DNA from: Candidatus Poribacteria bacterium
GTDB lineage: Bacteria; Poribacteria; WGA-4E; WGA-3G
NCBI GenBank assembly: GCA_965221425.1
Contig: OZ244889.1
Location: forward strand, 3,077,415 to 3,141,414
Length of the DNA stretch: 64,000 bases
Direction: 5' to 3'
Positions 36,654 to 47,826 of the stretch are shown piece by piece. The position numbers and the translations under genes are program-made. Positions within the stretch are counted from its first letter, which is position 1; every line of letters begins with the position of its first letter. Under the pieces are notes generated by a model. It made no database searches and was not told the origin of the DNA. It saw only the letters and a program-made list of their open reading frames with translations.

Positions 36654-37619
36654 GTGCCGAAACTCATAATAACGCCGCCACAGAACGCGGAATCACACGT
36701 GTGGGCAGAACGTATACAAAACGAAGTGCCCACATACAACATCGTCTTACCGAAAACAGAAGCAGACGTAAATACACACCTCCCCGATGCAGATGCTGTT
36801 TACGGTTGGGTGTCTCCTGAACAACTACCATTAGCAAAAAATCTACGATGGTTACAAAGTCCTGCCGCTGGTCCTTCTCCCGGCTTCTATTATCCTGCAC
36901 TGATTGAGCACCCGGTTGTTGTTTGCAACCCACGTGGTATCTATAATGACCACATCGCACAACATATTATGATGTTTGTGCTTGCGCTTGCACGCGGATT
37001 GCCCTATTACATGGATGCCCAACGTGAAAGCATTTGGAACAATAACGCACGCAAAAATGGATATATTGACCTTGCAGAGGCAACTGCGTTAATTGTCGGT
37101 GTAGGTGGTATTGGGCACGAAACAGCACGACTCTGTGATGTGTTCGGCATGAAGGTGATAGGTGTTGATGCAAGATGGGAATATGCTGTGCCGTTTGTGG
37201 AAAAACATGAACCGGCGGAATTAGACACACTCCTTCCACTTGCTGACTTTGTGATAGTTACGACACCTCACACACCAGAAACGGAGGGCATGTGGCATAA
37301 AGATCGCTTTAAGCTGATGAAAAAGACAGCTTATTTCATTAATATCGGTCGCGGTAAAACAACAAAACTTGCCGATCTTGTTGAAGCACTTGAGCAGGGA
37401 ACAATTGCGGGATGTGGATTAGATGTTTTTGAAGTTGAACCGTTGCCTACTGAAAGTCCGCTGTGGCAAATGCCGAATGTTCTAATAACGCCACATATTG
37501 CTGTTAAGGATGCCGAAAATATCTCGGAACGCCACTTTGAGGTCTTTTTAGAAAACGCGCGTCGGTTTGCTGAAGGTGAACCGTTGCAGAATGTTGTTGA
37601 TAAAGCGGCATGGTATTAA
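36654..37619 (+). CDS. D-isomer-specific 2-hydroxyacid dehydrogenase (NAD-binding)
   Basis: GTG start with AAGGAAAG RBS. GVGGIGHETARL NAD motif. Catalytic region INIGRG..GLDVFEVEP..PHIA. Confidence 0.85.
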   Translation: MPKLIITPPQNAESHVWAERIQNEVPTYNIVLPKTEADVNTHLPDADAVYGWVSPEQLPLAKNLRWLQSPAAGPSPGFYYPALIEHPVVVCNPRGIYNDHIAQHIMMFVLALARGLPYYMDAQRESIWNNNARKNGYIDLAEATALIVGVGGIGHETARLCDVFGMKVIGVDARWEYAVPFVEKHEPAELDTLLPLADFVIVTTPHTPETEGMWHKDRFKLMKKTAYFINIGRGKTTKLADLVEALEQGTIAGCGLDVFEVEPLPTESPLWQMPNVLITPHIAVKDAENISERHFEVFLENARRFAEGEPLQNVVDKAAWY

Positions 37620-37692
37620 GAAGTTGTGGAAAGAATCCCATCCCAGAATGTTCTCAACTGGTAGATAGGAGGGTTGGCAGCATCTTATCAAT

Positions 37693-39117
37693 CTAACTAA
37701 GCGTCGCTGTCCTGAGAATAATCCTGTCCTCTGTCCAATTGTCCCGATACCATGTGCAAGCCTCAAAGGTGTCGTTGAGGGCATCCATACGTTGCTTTAA
37801 CATGTTACGAAAATCATCTCGGAGTGCTTGTGATGTGGGGTCATCTGCCAAATTACGGGTTTGGAACGGGTCTGCCATATTATCAAAAAGTTTCTCACAT
37901 CCATCAGGACGGTGAACAGCATAAGTATGTTGCTTTGTTCGGAGTGCTCGCCATTCATAACCATCCTCCCATTTTGCTGTACATCCCATTCCTTGCATAA
38001 ACGCTGCGTCCGGTTCATCAAAAGCTTGATTAAACGCCGCTTGACTTAGGTCAGAGCCTTCAACATCTTTAGGAATAGGTAGATTCATCATTGACAGGAA
38101 TGTCGGCATGATGTCGGGTGTATTTAAACAAGTGTCCGCGACATGTCCCTGCGGAATTTGATTAGACCAACGCACAAGAAATGGAACACGCACTGATTCT
38201 TCATAAAAGATATTTTTTGCACGACGTCCCTGTGCACCGAACATTTCGCCATGATCAGAAGTAAAGACAAAGATGGTGTTGTCCCGCAATCCAAATTCAT
38301 CTATAGCTTGCAGCAGCCTCCCGATATTCCAATCCAGATTAGTTGTCATGGCGTAATAGACACGCATCCATTCAGGAATTTTGGCGCGATCTGCTGCGGA
38401 CATCATTGCCCACGTATCGCCATAAGGATCGTTGTCTGCTTTGTAATTCGGTGGCAGTGGGAAGTCAACATCTTTGAACATCTCGTAATATTCATTCGGA
38501 ACATTGTTTGGTGTCCACGGGTCATGTGGCGTGCCGATTGAAAGGAAAAGCGCGAAAGGATCGTTTTCTGCTGATGCGCGTTGTAGGTAATCAATCGCCA
38601 TATCTGTCTGCCCATCCGGTTCATAGCCGGGAATCGTTATCTTTTCTGGACTGTCTTTATGATAATATGTGTCAAAATAGGTATGATGAAAATTGTATGC
38701 AGACCATTCCCCATCAAAACCGAGACGGTGCGGTCCTGGTGGAATATACGAATTCTGAGGGTCGTGATGTTTTCCCAACTGATTAGCCCACAGATGCCAT
38801 TTTCCGATATAACTTGTCTGGTAGTCGTTGCGATGCAAAACGTGACCAAAGCAGTCATGGTCGGAGTTCATGCGGAGTTCATTGATTGCCATGCCGGTGC
38901 TGCTCGCGTATTTGCCGGTGAAAAGCGAGGCACGATAAGGTGCACACATCGGACTGCCAGAGACAGCATTGCAGAAATTCGCCCCCTCTGTGGCAAGCCG
39001 GTCGATGTTTGGCGTGCGCGCACGGGTATCCCCTGCATAACCACACGACTGATAACGAAGCTGATCTGCAAAAACATAGACGAGATTCGGTTGCTTTTTG
39101 CTTGAATGAGACATCAA
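37693..39117 (-). CDS. sulfatase (formylglycine-dependent, Cys-type)
   Basis: N-terminal LVYVFADQLR..SPMCAPYRASLFTGKY contains the C-x-P-x-R signature. C-terminal SDHGEMFG block. Confidence 0.9.
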   Translation of the reverse strand: MMSHSSKKQPNLVYVFADQLRYQSCGYAGDTRARTPNIDRLATEGANFCNAVSGSPMCAPYRASLFTGKYASSTGMAINELRMNSDHDCFGHVLHRNDYQTSYIGKWHLWANQLGKHHDPQNSYIPPGPHRLGFDGEWSAYNFHHTYFDTYYHKDSPEKITIPGYEPDGQTDMAIDYLQRASAENDPFALFLSIGTPHDPWTPNNVPNEYYEMFKDVDFPLPPNYKADNDPYGDTWAMMSAADRAKIPEWMRVYYAMTTNLDWNIGRLLQAIDEFGLRDNTIFVFTSDHGEMFGAQGRRAKNIFYEESVRVPFLVRWSNQIPQGHVADTCLNTPDIMPTFLSMMNLPIPKDVEGSDLSQAAFNQAFDEPDAAFMQGMGCTAKWEDGYEWRALRTKQHTYAVHRPDGCEKLFDNMADPFQTRNLADDPTSQALRDDFRNMLKQRMDALNDTFEACTWYRDNWTEDRIILRTATLS

Positions 39118-39395
39118 AATATTCCTTTCGATTTGTAATGTCTACAACATAGCATATTTCAGTAGATTCTTCAAGGTAAAAACGAAAACGTATTCTCTTC
39201 CAGATTGGCATATAGAAGTCAAAAAATCGGTGAAGAGAACACGGTGTCCTCCAGAAAAGTCCACAAGGGAGATACAAGGTCTTTTCTACTGACCTCTTTT
39301 GAAAAATTTGGTATACTCTTGCCTATTGTTGATTGTAGTGGTAAACTGAAAATATCACAAATCTGGTCTAACCCAATTAAGAAGGAGTATTTTTA

Positions 39396-42266
39396 ATGCA
39401 GAATAAGGAACCTTTCGTTCCGAATGTAATAGGGCTGAAAGCCAACATTACAAAAATAGTTTTCTCTATTTTACTGTTAGGTATTCTCATGCCTGCCTTC
39501 TCTCAAAACGAAGAGGGTTTTAAACTTCAACTGCTCCACGCAGCAGACATGGAGGGCGGGATTGAGGCACTCGAAAATGCACCTCGCTTCTCATCGGTGC
39601 TGAATGCGCTCAAAGCTGATGTTGAAAACACAGTGATCATCGGTGCCGGCGATAGTTATATTCCCGGTCCGTTTTTTGCAGCTGGCAATAACCAGAGCCT
39701 TCGTGAAGTATTAGGGAGGGAAGGTTCAGGACGCGCCGATATTCTGATGCTCAACGCGATGGGCTTCATGGCGGGTGCACTTGGAAATCATGAATTCGAC
39801 GCAGGCACCGGGACACTTGCAAGTTTGATCGCAGCAGATAGAGATTACGTAGGTACAGCATTTCCATTTTTGAGCGCGAACTTAGATTTTAGTCTTGATA
39901 GTAATCTCGCTTCCCTTGTTGTTGAACCGGGACAGGAAGCAAGCACAATTCCCAACAGTATCACGAAAAGTGTCGTTATCACCACGCCTTCCGGCGAAAA
40001 GATCGGTGTAGTCGGTATTACAACACCGCGGCTCGGCAGCCTTTCTGTACCTGGGAACGTTGGAATTGCACCGGCAAACCCAAACGATATGGCGGCATTG
40101 GCAGCTATTGTTCAAGAATCCGTTGACGCACTGATAGCAGCAGGCATCAATAAGATTATTCTCACCGGACATCTCCAACAGATTAGTCTTGATGAAGAAA
40201 TCGCAATGCACATCAAGGATGTTGACATTATCATTTCAGGTGGTTCAAATACGCTTCTCGCCGATGAAACAGATCGTCTCCATCCCGGTGATACCGCGGA
40301 CCGCCCCTATCCGATCTTGACGCAGTCCGCATCAGGCGAACCAATTGTAATTGTTGGAACAGATGGAAATTACCGATACGTTGGACGGTTAGTCGTTGAT
40401 TTTGATGCGGCAGGTGTTTTAATTCCTGAATCAATTGACGCGGCAGTCAGCGGTGCCTTTGTCACCGATGCGCAAGGTGTTGTAGACACGGGTAATGCGA
40501 AACCTGCAGCACGTGTGGTTGAAATCATAGAGGCGGTACGAAATGTTGTGGTTGCAAAGGACGGTAATATCTTTGGACAAACGAGTGTCTATCTGAACGG
40601 AAACCGTGGCTCTGTCCGCACGGAGGAAACAAACATCGGTAACCTAATCGCCGAGGCGAACCTTGCCGCAGGGAAACAGGTTGATCCAAACGTAGTTGTG
40701 TCTTTGAAAAACGGCGGAGGCATTCGCGCCCCAATTGGTGTTACTATAGGTAGTGAACTGTCCCCACCGCCTGCAAATGCCTTGGTTGGTAAAGCGATGG
40801 GGCAGATTTCACAGATTGACATCGAAAATACGCTTCGGTTCAACAACGGATTGACGCTTTTGACCTTAAGCGCAGCAGAACTGCTTGAAGTCATTGAGCA
40901 CGCAGTCGGTGCCTCTGGTGAAGGCTCAATCCCCGGACGTTTCCCGCAAATCGCAGGCATGGCATTCAGCTTTGATACTTCACTGCCGGTGGGTTCAAGG
41001 GTTCAGTCACTTGTTATTACTGACGCAGATGGAAATCCGATAGACACAATCGCCCAAAACGGTGAAATCGTAGGCGATGTGGATCGCACGTTCCGAATGG
41101 TCACGATCACCTTCCTTGTTGATGGCGGAGACAGCTATCCGTATGCTAATTTCCCGAATACGAATCGTGTTGACCTTGCTGAAGTGATGACAGAGGAAGA
41201 ATCTGGTGGGCAAGCGACTTTTGCTGCTCCCGGCACAGAGCAAGACGCGCTTGCAGAATATCTTGCGGAGAACTTCTCTGAAGTCCCGTTTGCAATTGCG
41301 GATGTTGGTCCCAAGAACGATGAACGCATTCAAAACCTTGCATTCCGCGCCGACAGCCTGATGATGCCAAGGGCAAGCGAGAACGTTTATGACATATCAC
41401 TCAGCGCGGGTTTGAATATGATCAGTCTACCACTGATGCCAAATGAACCGGACACAGCGCGTTCTTTCATGGAAAAAACCGGCGCGACTATTATCATTGA
41501 ATTAGATGCCGCTGCGCAAAGGTTCATCGGATGGACAGCAAATTCTATCGGCAATGGATTTTCAATTGAAGGTGGAAAGGGGTATATTATCAACGTCCCT
41601 ACACCGAAGACTGTCAGTTTCAGCGGTAGTGCTTGGCAAAACACCACCTCGACAGCAGCGGCTCCGATGCAGCCATCAATTCCGAAGACGTGGGCATTTG
41701 TTCTCCGCGCGCAGCTTGAAGGTGTCAGTGGTGTCCGGCTCACTGTCTATAATGGACACACCAGAGTCGCTGAGGCGGTTGAGAGTAACAATTTTCATGC
41801 TGCTTGGGCAGATATGAACCTTCAAGCAGTTGTCTCTGTTAGTGATATGTTAACGATCGAAGTACGTGATACAACTGGAACTCTGATTCGCACACTCCAA
41901 CACGAAATCAGTGCCACAGACGTTCACCGAGCGTTCACGGAACTCCGACTCACACCTACTGATCTAATTCCGAAACGGACTGTACTGCTTGCCAATTACC
42001 CGAACCCGTTCAATCCAGAAACGTGGTTGCCGTATCAGTTGGCAAATGATGCTGAGGTCACAATTCGCATCTATTCATTAGTGGGACAACTCGTCCGAAA
42101 TCTGGATATGGGATTTCAACAGGCGGGATACTACATCGGCAAGTCTCGCGCGGCTTATTGGGATGGTCGTAATGATTCGGGTGAACGGCTCGCTTCAGGT
42201 GTCTACTTCTACCAGTTAAGTACTTCTGAATCATCGGAGACTCGCAAGATGGTTATTAGGAAATAG
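39396..42266 (+). CDS. secreted 5'-nucleotidase/metallophosphoesterase-family protein with C-terminal Por/T9SS sorting domain
   Basis: GNHEFD metallophosphatase motif. 5'-nucleotidase C-domain blocks (VSLKNGGGIRAPIG; NTLRFNNGLTLLTLSAAEL). The first metal motif is divergent (LLHAADMEGG, no DxH). CTD NYPNPFNPET..VTIRIYSLVGQLV..WDGRNDSGERLASGVYFYQL matches the T9SS C-terminal domain. Confidence 0.75.
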   Translation: MQNKEPFVPNVIGLKANITKIVFSILLLGILMPAFSQNEEGFKLQLLHAADMEGGIEALENAPRFSSVLNALKADVENTVIIGAGDSYIPGPFFAAGNNQSLREVLGREGSGRADILMLNAMGFMAGALGNHEFDAGTGTLASLIAADRDYVGTAFPFLSANLDFSLDSNLASLVVEPGQEASTIPNSITKSVVITTPSGEKIGVVGITTPRLGSLSVPGNVGIAPANPNDMAALAAIVQESVDALIAAGINKIILTGHLQQISLDEEIAMHIKDVDIIISGGSNTLLADETDRLHPGDTADRPYPILTQSASGEPIVIVGTDGNYRYVGRLVVDFDAAGVLIPESIDAAVSGAFVTDAQGVVDTGNAKPAARVVEIIEAVRNVVVAKDGNIFGQTSVYLNGNRGSVRTEETNIGNLIAEANLAAGKQVDPNVVVSLKNGGGIRAPIGVTIGSELSPPPANALVGKAMGQISQIDIENTLRFNNGLTLLTLSAAELLEVIEHAVGASGEGSIPGRFPQIAGMAFSFDTSLPVGSRVQSLVITDADGNPIDTIAQNGEIVGDVDRTFRMVTITFLVDGGDSYPYANFPNTNRVDLAEVMTEEESGGQATFAAPGTEQDALAEYLAENFSEVPFAIADVGPKNDERIQNLAFRADSLMMPRASENVYDISLSAGLNMISLPLMPNEPDTARSFMEKTGATIIIELDAAAQRFIGWTANSIGNGFSIEGGKGYIINVPTPKTVSFSGSAWQNTTSTAAAPMQPSIPKTWAFVLRAQLEGVSGVRLTVYNGHTRVAEAVESNNFHAAWADMNLQAVVSVSDMLTIEVRDTTGTLIRTLQHEISATDVHRAFTELRLTPTDLIPKRTVLLANYPNPFNPETWLPYQLANDAEVTIRIYSLVGQLVRNLDMGFQQAGYYIGKSRAAYWDGRNDSGERLASGVYFYQLSTSESSETRKMVIRK

Positions 42267-42319
42267 TATCAAATGACCATAGGATAGTTGGAAGGCGGTA
42301 TTCTTTTCTTTGCCTGCTT

Positions 42320-43732
42320 TCACTTATCAGGCAGCTTTCTCCATTGTCCCGCAGTGACTTGTTCTATCAATATGCGCGCTTTCTGACTCTCGCGCACCTG
42401 TCTCTCAATTTCAACAGGATTCCATTCTGCTAATAGTTGTGCTTCCAATTCACGACAAATTGTCTGATACATCGACTCATTGGCAAGATTGTGGAATTCC
42501 CCTGGATCTTCCGTTACATCGTAAAGCTCAGATGGGTCGCCGAGGCTATAGTTAAATTTGTATCTTCCCTTCCGCAGCATCGCCATCGGACGTTCAACAC
42601 CGTGGGCGAGATATTCCGAGAACGCAAAATCTTTCCAGTCGGTTGCTGTACCTTGGACCAAAGGAAGCAGACTATCACCATCAAATTGACTAAAAGAATG
42701 CCCCCTCGCAATATCAACCAGCGTTGCCGTCAAGTCAACCAGTGAAATGACTTCATCAATCCGTTTACCTGCGGATAGATGATCGGGAAACATAATCTGT
42801 AGTGGCACGCGAGCAGATGCCTCGTAGAAGTTTGATTTGCGCCACATGCCGTGTTCTCCGTTCATTTCACCGTGATCACTGGTATAGATGACAACGGTAT
42901 TCTCCGATTGCCTAGTCTCTTCAAGCGTCTGAAGCAGCCTTCCGATTTTTTCGTCAAGATAGGTAATCAACCCGTAATAGCCAGCGCGTGCGCGGCGGAC
43001 TAAATCTTCAGGAAAATCAACACACCCGAACATACGCCGCATCCGTTGATAGACTGGATGCTGGTTTTCAAGGTGTCCTTCTGGGATATTGGGCAGGTCA
43101 ATCTCATCAAGCGGATAGAGGTCCCAAAACCTTTGCGGAACAACAAGCGGAAAATGCGGGGCGATGAACGAGACGTTGAGTGCCCAGGGTTGTTCCTGCC
43201 GTGCGGAATCCCGAAGATATTTCAGTGCCTCCGATTCGGCAAGATCATCAACTTCAATTTCCTCCGTTGTTCCAGGACCGGCTTGTGCGAGTCCTTGCCA
43301 TGGACGGGATGCTGGCGGTGTACCGTTATCCCAATCCGTCAGTCCGTGTTGTCTTTCTGCGTGGAGGTCGCGGGCGAGTTGCGCACGAAATCCGTGCAAT
43401 TGATCCATTCCGCCAAAGTGCTGTTTTCCTGAGAGAACGACATCGTAGCCTGCATCGCGCAAGATGTGTGCCCATGTGACAGCATCTGGACGCAACGGAG
43501 CTGCGTTGTCCCATGCACCAATGTGATGGATATACCGACCTGTCATGAACGACATCCGCGAGGGCATACAGAGCGGTGAATTGCAGTAGGCATTTGTGAA
43601 AGTAATACCGTCTTTAGCAAGTCTATCTATATGTGGGGTTTTAACTATCGGATGGCCGTAGGGTCCGCTGAACATCGGGGCATGTTCGTCAGACATGATA
43701 ATAAGGATATTGGGAGGTTGGTTTGCGGGCAT
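42320..43732 (-). CDS. sulfatase (Cys-type)
   Basis: ILIIMSDEHAP..SPLCMPSRMSFMTGRY (C-x-P-x-R). TSDHGEMNGEHGMWRK. Confidence 0.9.
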   Translation of the reverse strand: MPANQPPNILIIMSDEHAPMFSGPYGHPIVKTPHIDRLAKDGITFTNAYCNSPLCMPSRMSFMTGRYIHHIGAWDNAAPLRPDAVTWAHILRDAGYDVVLSGKQHFGGMDQLHGFRAQLARDLHAERQHGLTDWDNGTPPASRPWQGLAQAGPGTTEEIEVDDLAESEALKYLRDSARQEQPWALNVSFIAPHFPLVVPQRFWDLYPLDEIDLPNIPEGHLENQHPVYQRMRRMFGCVDFPEDLVRRARAGYYGLITYLDEKIGRLLQTLEETRQSENTVVIYTSDHGEMNGEHGMWRKSNFYEASARVPLQIMFPDHLSAGKRIDEVISLVDLTATLVDIARGHSFSQFDGDSLLPLVQGTATDWKDFAFSEYLAHGVERPMAMLRKGRYKFNYSLGDPSELYDVTEDPGEFHNLANESMYQTICRELEAQLLAEWNPVEIERQVRESQKARILIEQVTAGQWRKLPDK

Positions 43733-43918
43733 GATATACTACTAATCCAACATAATTTTTTTGTAGGATACCACTCCTTGCTTAAACTGTCAATAGAAAA
43801 ATCCCATTATAATTTGCCAATCTCTTAAAAAAGCTCTGCTGATTCTTACCATCTCCAAAATGATACCATATTTAGCAAAAGAATGAGTTGCGAAGTTGTA
43901 AGTTTGTAATATAAATCG

Positions 43919-44992
43919 CTAAGGCACTAACTGTACCTTAATCGAATCGGCACCTTTCTGAACCATCTCAAAGGCGGTGAGAAAATCTTCCAGCGGGAGT
44001 TGATCCGTAACCATAAGACTTACGTCTATAGCACCGCTTTGAATATAATCAATAGCAAGCGGATATGCATAGGGACCTAAGTGAGATCCGTGGATATTGA
44101 GCTCTTTCGTATCACCTATGATGGTCCAATCAACGGTTACCGGTTCCCGCATGACGCTGAATTCGACGAAAGTGCCAGCCTTTCGGATCATGTGGAGCCC
44201 TTGTTCAACTGCCTTTGGGTGTCCTGTTGCTTCAATATAGACATCACATCCGTACCCATCGGTTAAATCTAACACTTGTTGAACAGCATCCGTTTCCGAT
44301 GGATTGATGGTGATATCTGCCCCCAATTTCTGTGCCACATTTAACCGCTTAGGGATAAGGTCAATAGCAATGAGTGTGCCTGGGTTTTTCAGCTTTGCCG
44401 CACCTATCATGCCAAGACCGAGCGTGCCAGCACCTGCTACAACGACAACGTCTCCGAATTCAATGTTTCCGCGTTGAACAGCATGAATAGAACAAGCAAG
44501 CGGTTCAATCATCGCTGCACTTGCGGTAGGCATATCAGGTGGCACTTTATAAACAAGTGAGCGCGCGGGAAACTTCATATAGTCTGCCATACCACCGTTG
44601 ACAACTGGCTGAAATCCGTAGATGTTGTGGACTTGGCAGAGCCAATACTTTCCGGTTCGGCAGTAGCGGCATTCCCAACACGGGACGATCTGTTCTGCAA
44701 TGGCGATGTCTCCGAGTTGCAATCCGTACTTTTCACCTGCACCATCACCGAGTTGAACAACTTGTCCAATAAATTCATGTCCAGCAATCACGGGTGCTTC
44801 CACGTAAGGCTCGCGGTTTTCATCACCCCAAAAAAGGGGTGCACCTGTATAACATTTAATGTCGCTCGCGCAAACACCACAAGCGTTGACCTTAATTACA
44901 ACTTCACCATGACCAGCCTGCGGCATCGGGACATCTTCAAGATCATAATCTTGCGGTCCACGGCACATTATAGCGCGCATCGTTTTGGACAT
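43919..44992 (-). CDS. Zn-dependent alcohol/polyol dehydrogenase (MDR family)
   Basis: GHEFIG catalytic-zinc motif. Structural-zinc cysteines CWECRYC. GAGTLGLG Rossmann. Confidence 0.85.
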   Translation of the reverse strand: MSKTMRAIMCRGPQDYDLEDVPMPQAGHGEVVIKVNACGVCASDIKCYTGAPLFWGDENREPYVEAPVIAGHEFIGQVVQLGDGAGEKYGLQLGDIAIAEQIVPCWECRYCRTGKYWLCQVHNIYGFQPVVNGGMADYMKFPARSLVYKVPPDMPTASAAMIEPLACSIHAVQRGNIEFGDVVVVAGAGTLGLGMIGAAKLKNPGTLIAIDLIPKRLNVAQKLGADITINPSETDAVQQVLDLTDGYGCDVYIEATGHPKAVEQGLHMIRKAGTFVEFSVMREPVTVDWTIIGDTKELNIHGSHLGPYAYPLAIDYIQSGAIDVSLMVTDQLPLEDFLTAFEMVQKGADSIKVQLVP

Positions 44993-45541
44993 CTAAATTT
45001 CCTTTGACGCATGTAAAATATGGTAGGCTGCGATTCCAAGCGACACATGAACGTTCATTGACGCACCTTTTCCATACATTGGAAGAAAAATAACCGTATC
45101 ACAAACAGCGAGTGTTCGTTTTGTCACCCCATGATCTTCATGTCCCACGACAAGGCAGATTTTATCAGGATATTCAACTTCATAATAGGGAATAGACTCG
45201 GCAGTAAGTTCTAACGCACAGATCATATATCCTTCTTCTTTGAGCAAAAGTATTACGTCTGACGCTTGTTCTGTATAACGCCATTGGACGCGTTTCTGTT
45301 TTCCGCGTGCCACCTTTCGGAGCAGCGGGTGGGGTGGTTGTGCGCTAATGCCAGTCAAAATAAGTTCTTGAACACGGCACGCATCTGCTATTCGAAATGC
45401 AGAACCAACATTAATTGGGTCTTGTACGTCTTGCAGAATAAAGATCAGTTCTTTTTCATGGTGTTTTACCTGTTTCAAAAAGTCCTTGAGCGGTTTGCCA
45501 CGTAGCTGCTTCATATCTAAATAGGTGGATTTAAGAAACAC
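44993..45541 (-). CDS. SpoU/TrmH-family RNA 2'-O-methyltransferase
   Basis: SPOUT motifs (NVGSAFRIADA; LVVGHEDHGV; VIFLPMYG..SMNVHVSLGIAAYH). Confidence 0.8.
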   Translation of the reverse strand: MFLKSTYLDMKQLRGKPLKDFLKQVKHHEKELIFILQDVQDPINVGSAFRIADACRVQELILTGISAQPPHPLLRKVARGKQKRVQWRYTEQASDVILLLKEEGYMICALELTAESIPYYEVEYPDKICLVVGHEDHGVTKRTLAVCDTVIFLPMYGKGASMNVHVSLGIAAYHILHASKEI

Positions 45542-45552
45542 AACGAGAGACG

Positions 45553-46347
45553 TTATGCTGCCTTACTTTGAACAAGACGTCTTCGCGCGCTTGCCCGTGC
45601 CAATCCAACATCCAGTGTGATATGCTGATCTTCAGTCATGCCGAGGTTAATCGCGTGTGCTGTTTCAAGATTGAAACCCCACTCAATCCATTCAGGCCTA
45701 TCTGCTTCGGGAATATCTCCCGCTACGACAACCTTCATAATACTAATACCTTTGCCGAGGTTGTATGCACGTTGGATATATTCCAGGTGTTTTTCAAAGG
45801 GGCCACCCTCTAACATTCTGCCTTCCTTGTTCGCTGTCGTGAGAATAACATCAATCTCCGGATGATCAATCACGGCATCCATGACTGCCCCTGTGTATAT
45901 GTGAGTGGAACACCCGATAACGCGGACTTTACCAGCGGCTTTCGCTTCTCGAAAAGCATCAAACGCACCTTCACGTTCCCGTGTTGCCAAATCGTCTGGG
46001 GAAGAGATTGCGTGTAACAACATAACATCTATATACGCTGTTTGCAGTTCGCGCAGTGCTTTTTCTATGCTGGCTGATGCGCTTTTGTGATCTTTGTTAG
46101 CAGTTTTCGTTTGGATGACGATTTCTTCGCGGTTAATCTGTCGAATTGCTTCGCCGAGGTGCGGTTGCGTTCCGTAGCCTTCGGCAGTGTCCCAAAAGGT
46201 AACGCCCTCATCAAGTGCCTTCAACATCAGTTTAGCACCGGATTCATGCGTTTTACATGTATCTCCGAGTCGCCCCGCGCCGAAGCAGAGTCGTGAGATT
46301 TCCAAACCTGTTTTTCCATACGTTAGATATTCCATTACTGCCTCCAT
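45553..46347 (-). CDS. aldo/keto reductase
   Basis: LGFGAGRLGD-type N-terminus. FWDTAEGYG motif. Confidence 0.8.
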   Translation of the reverse strand: MEAVMEYLTYGKTGLEISRLCFGAGRLGDTCKTHESGAKLMLKALDEGVTFWDTAEGYGTQPHLGEAIRQINREEIVIQTKTANKDHKSASASIEKALRELQTAYIDVMLLHAISSPDDLATREREGAFDAFREAKAAGKVRVIGCSTHIYTGAVMDAVIDHPEIDVILTTANKEGRMLEGGPFEKHLEYIQRAYNLGKGISIMKVVVAGDIPEADRPEWIEWGFNLETAHAINLGMTEDQHITLDVGLARASARRRLVQSKAA

Positions 46348-46474
46348 ATTTACATGTTGCCCATGTGATCAGTCTGGATTCGTTCAAGGTTTAACATACA
46401 TTAACCGAATTTGACAAAAAAAGCAACACTTTTTTCTGGCAATAAATCAATTTTTAGTTTATAGTAAACCCATA

Positions 46475-47626
46475 ATGAAATTCAGTGGACATACCATTTT
46501 TGATAACATACCCGTTGAAATTACTATTGCGAACAATTGCGTTCAATCAATGCGTGAGGTTACATCTGTTGATAGTAACGCGTGGATTGCGCCTGCCTTA
46601 GTAGATATTCAGGTAAATGGATTTGCGGGATTTGATCTCAATGTTGCCACCGTAACAGCAGCGGATGTATGTGCAATGGTTCGTGCGCTCTGGTGTGTTG
46701 GGACCGGTTTCTTATGTCCAACAGTAGTGACAGCGTCCTTTGAAAGTATTTGTAATTCTCTCCGTGCCGTTGTCCAAGCATGTGCAACAGACCCACTGGT
46801 TGCACACACAGTCCTTGGTATACATCTTGAGGGTCCCTATATCTCAACAGAAGATGGCCCACGCGGTGCGCATCCGTTAGAACATACCAGAGATCCAGAT
46901 TGGGACGAATTTCGGCGATGGCAGGACATCGCGGAGGGCATGATACGTATCGTAACCCTTGCGCCTGAGAAAGAGGGTGCTATTCCGTTTATTGAGAAAT
47001 TGGTTGCAAATGGGATAGTTGTGGCATTAGGACATACGAATGCGGCTGGGGAAGATATTCGCGCGGCAGTTAGTGCTGGAGCCAAACTTTCTACACACCT
47101 CGGCAACGGCGCGCATGCTATGATGCAAAGACATCCGAACTATATTTGGGAGCAACTCGCTGCAGATGAACTTAACGCAAGCCTTATTGTAGATGGACAT
47201 CACCTTCCGCCTGCTGTTGTCAAATCAATGATACGTGCCAAGACGCTTGATAGGTGTATTCTCATCAGCGATGCTACTGCATTAGCAGGGATGCCGCCTG
47301 GGGAGTATCAGTTCGCGGGACAACCTGTGGAACTGACTTCGGATCGGTGTGTCCGTTTAGCTGGCACGGAGTACCTTGCAGGTTCTGCTATTGAATTAGC
47401 ACGAGGTATTGAAAATAGTGTGCGATTTGCTGGAATTACTTTGAAAGAGGCGATTTCTCTTGCAACGTTACAACCTGCGCGGTTACTCGGTGTGGTAGAA
47501 GATATTGGCAGTATGGATGAGAATAGTCGACCTAACCTGATTTTATTTCAGTGGAATGATGCAACTTGTGAAATAGATTTGACAACCATGATTCTGGCGG
47601 GACAGGTGGTTTATCAGAGAGATTAA
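46475..47626 (+). CDS. nagA: N-acetylglucosamine-6-phosphate deacetylase
   Basis: ALVDIQVNGFAGFDLN, IHLEGPYIS, ALGHTNA, STHLGNGA and ISDATALAG are NagA metal- and substrate-site blocks. Confidence 0.85.
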   Translation: MKFSGHTIFDNIPVEITIANNCVQSMREVTSVDSNAWIAPALVDIQVNGFAGFDLNVATVTAADVCAMVRALWCVGTGFLCPTVVTASFESICNSLRAVVQACATDPLVAHTVLGIHLEGPYISTEDGPRGAHPLEHTRDPDWDEFRRWQDIAEGMIRIVTLAPEKEGAIPFIEKLVANGIVVALGHTNAAGEDIRAAVSAGAKLSTHLGNGAHAMMQRHPNYIWEQLAADELNASLIVDGHHLPPAVVKSMIRAKTLDRCILISDATALAGMPPGEYQFAGQPVELTSDRCVRLAGTEYLAGSAIELARGIENSVRFAGITLKEAISLATLQPARLLGVVEDIGSMDENSRPNLILFQWNDATCEIDLTTMILAGQVVYQRD

Positions 47627-47667
47627 TTGTTGCTTCATTAAGTTTTTATAGTAGAGCATATAATTAC

Positions 47668-47800
47668 TTGGACATTTCTGAGCATCAACCTGTTAGGTTG
47701 TGCAGAAACGGAACACAACCTAACAGGTTGTGCTACAACACATGCAGTCCGTTAGGTTGCTAAACGCATGGATAAAAGTGTGCAGGTAATTCTAAAATCT
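47668..47800. repeat. family B palindromic repeat unit between convergent genes
   Basis: 'ggacatttctgagcatcaacctgttaggttgtgcagaaacggaacacaacctaacaggttgtgctacaaca', then the 'aattctaaaatctactat' motif also seen at 30500 and 30850. Inverted copy at 58315-58380. Confidence 0.65.
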
Positions 47801-47826
47801 ACTATAGGTGCTAAGATAAGTAAGGT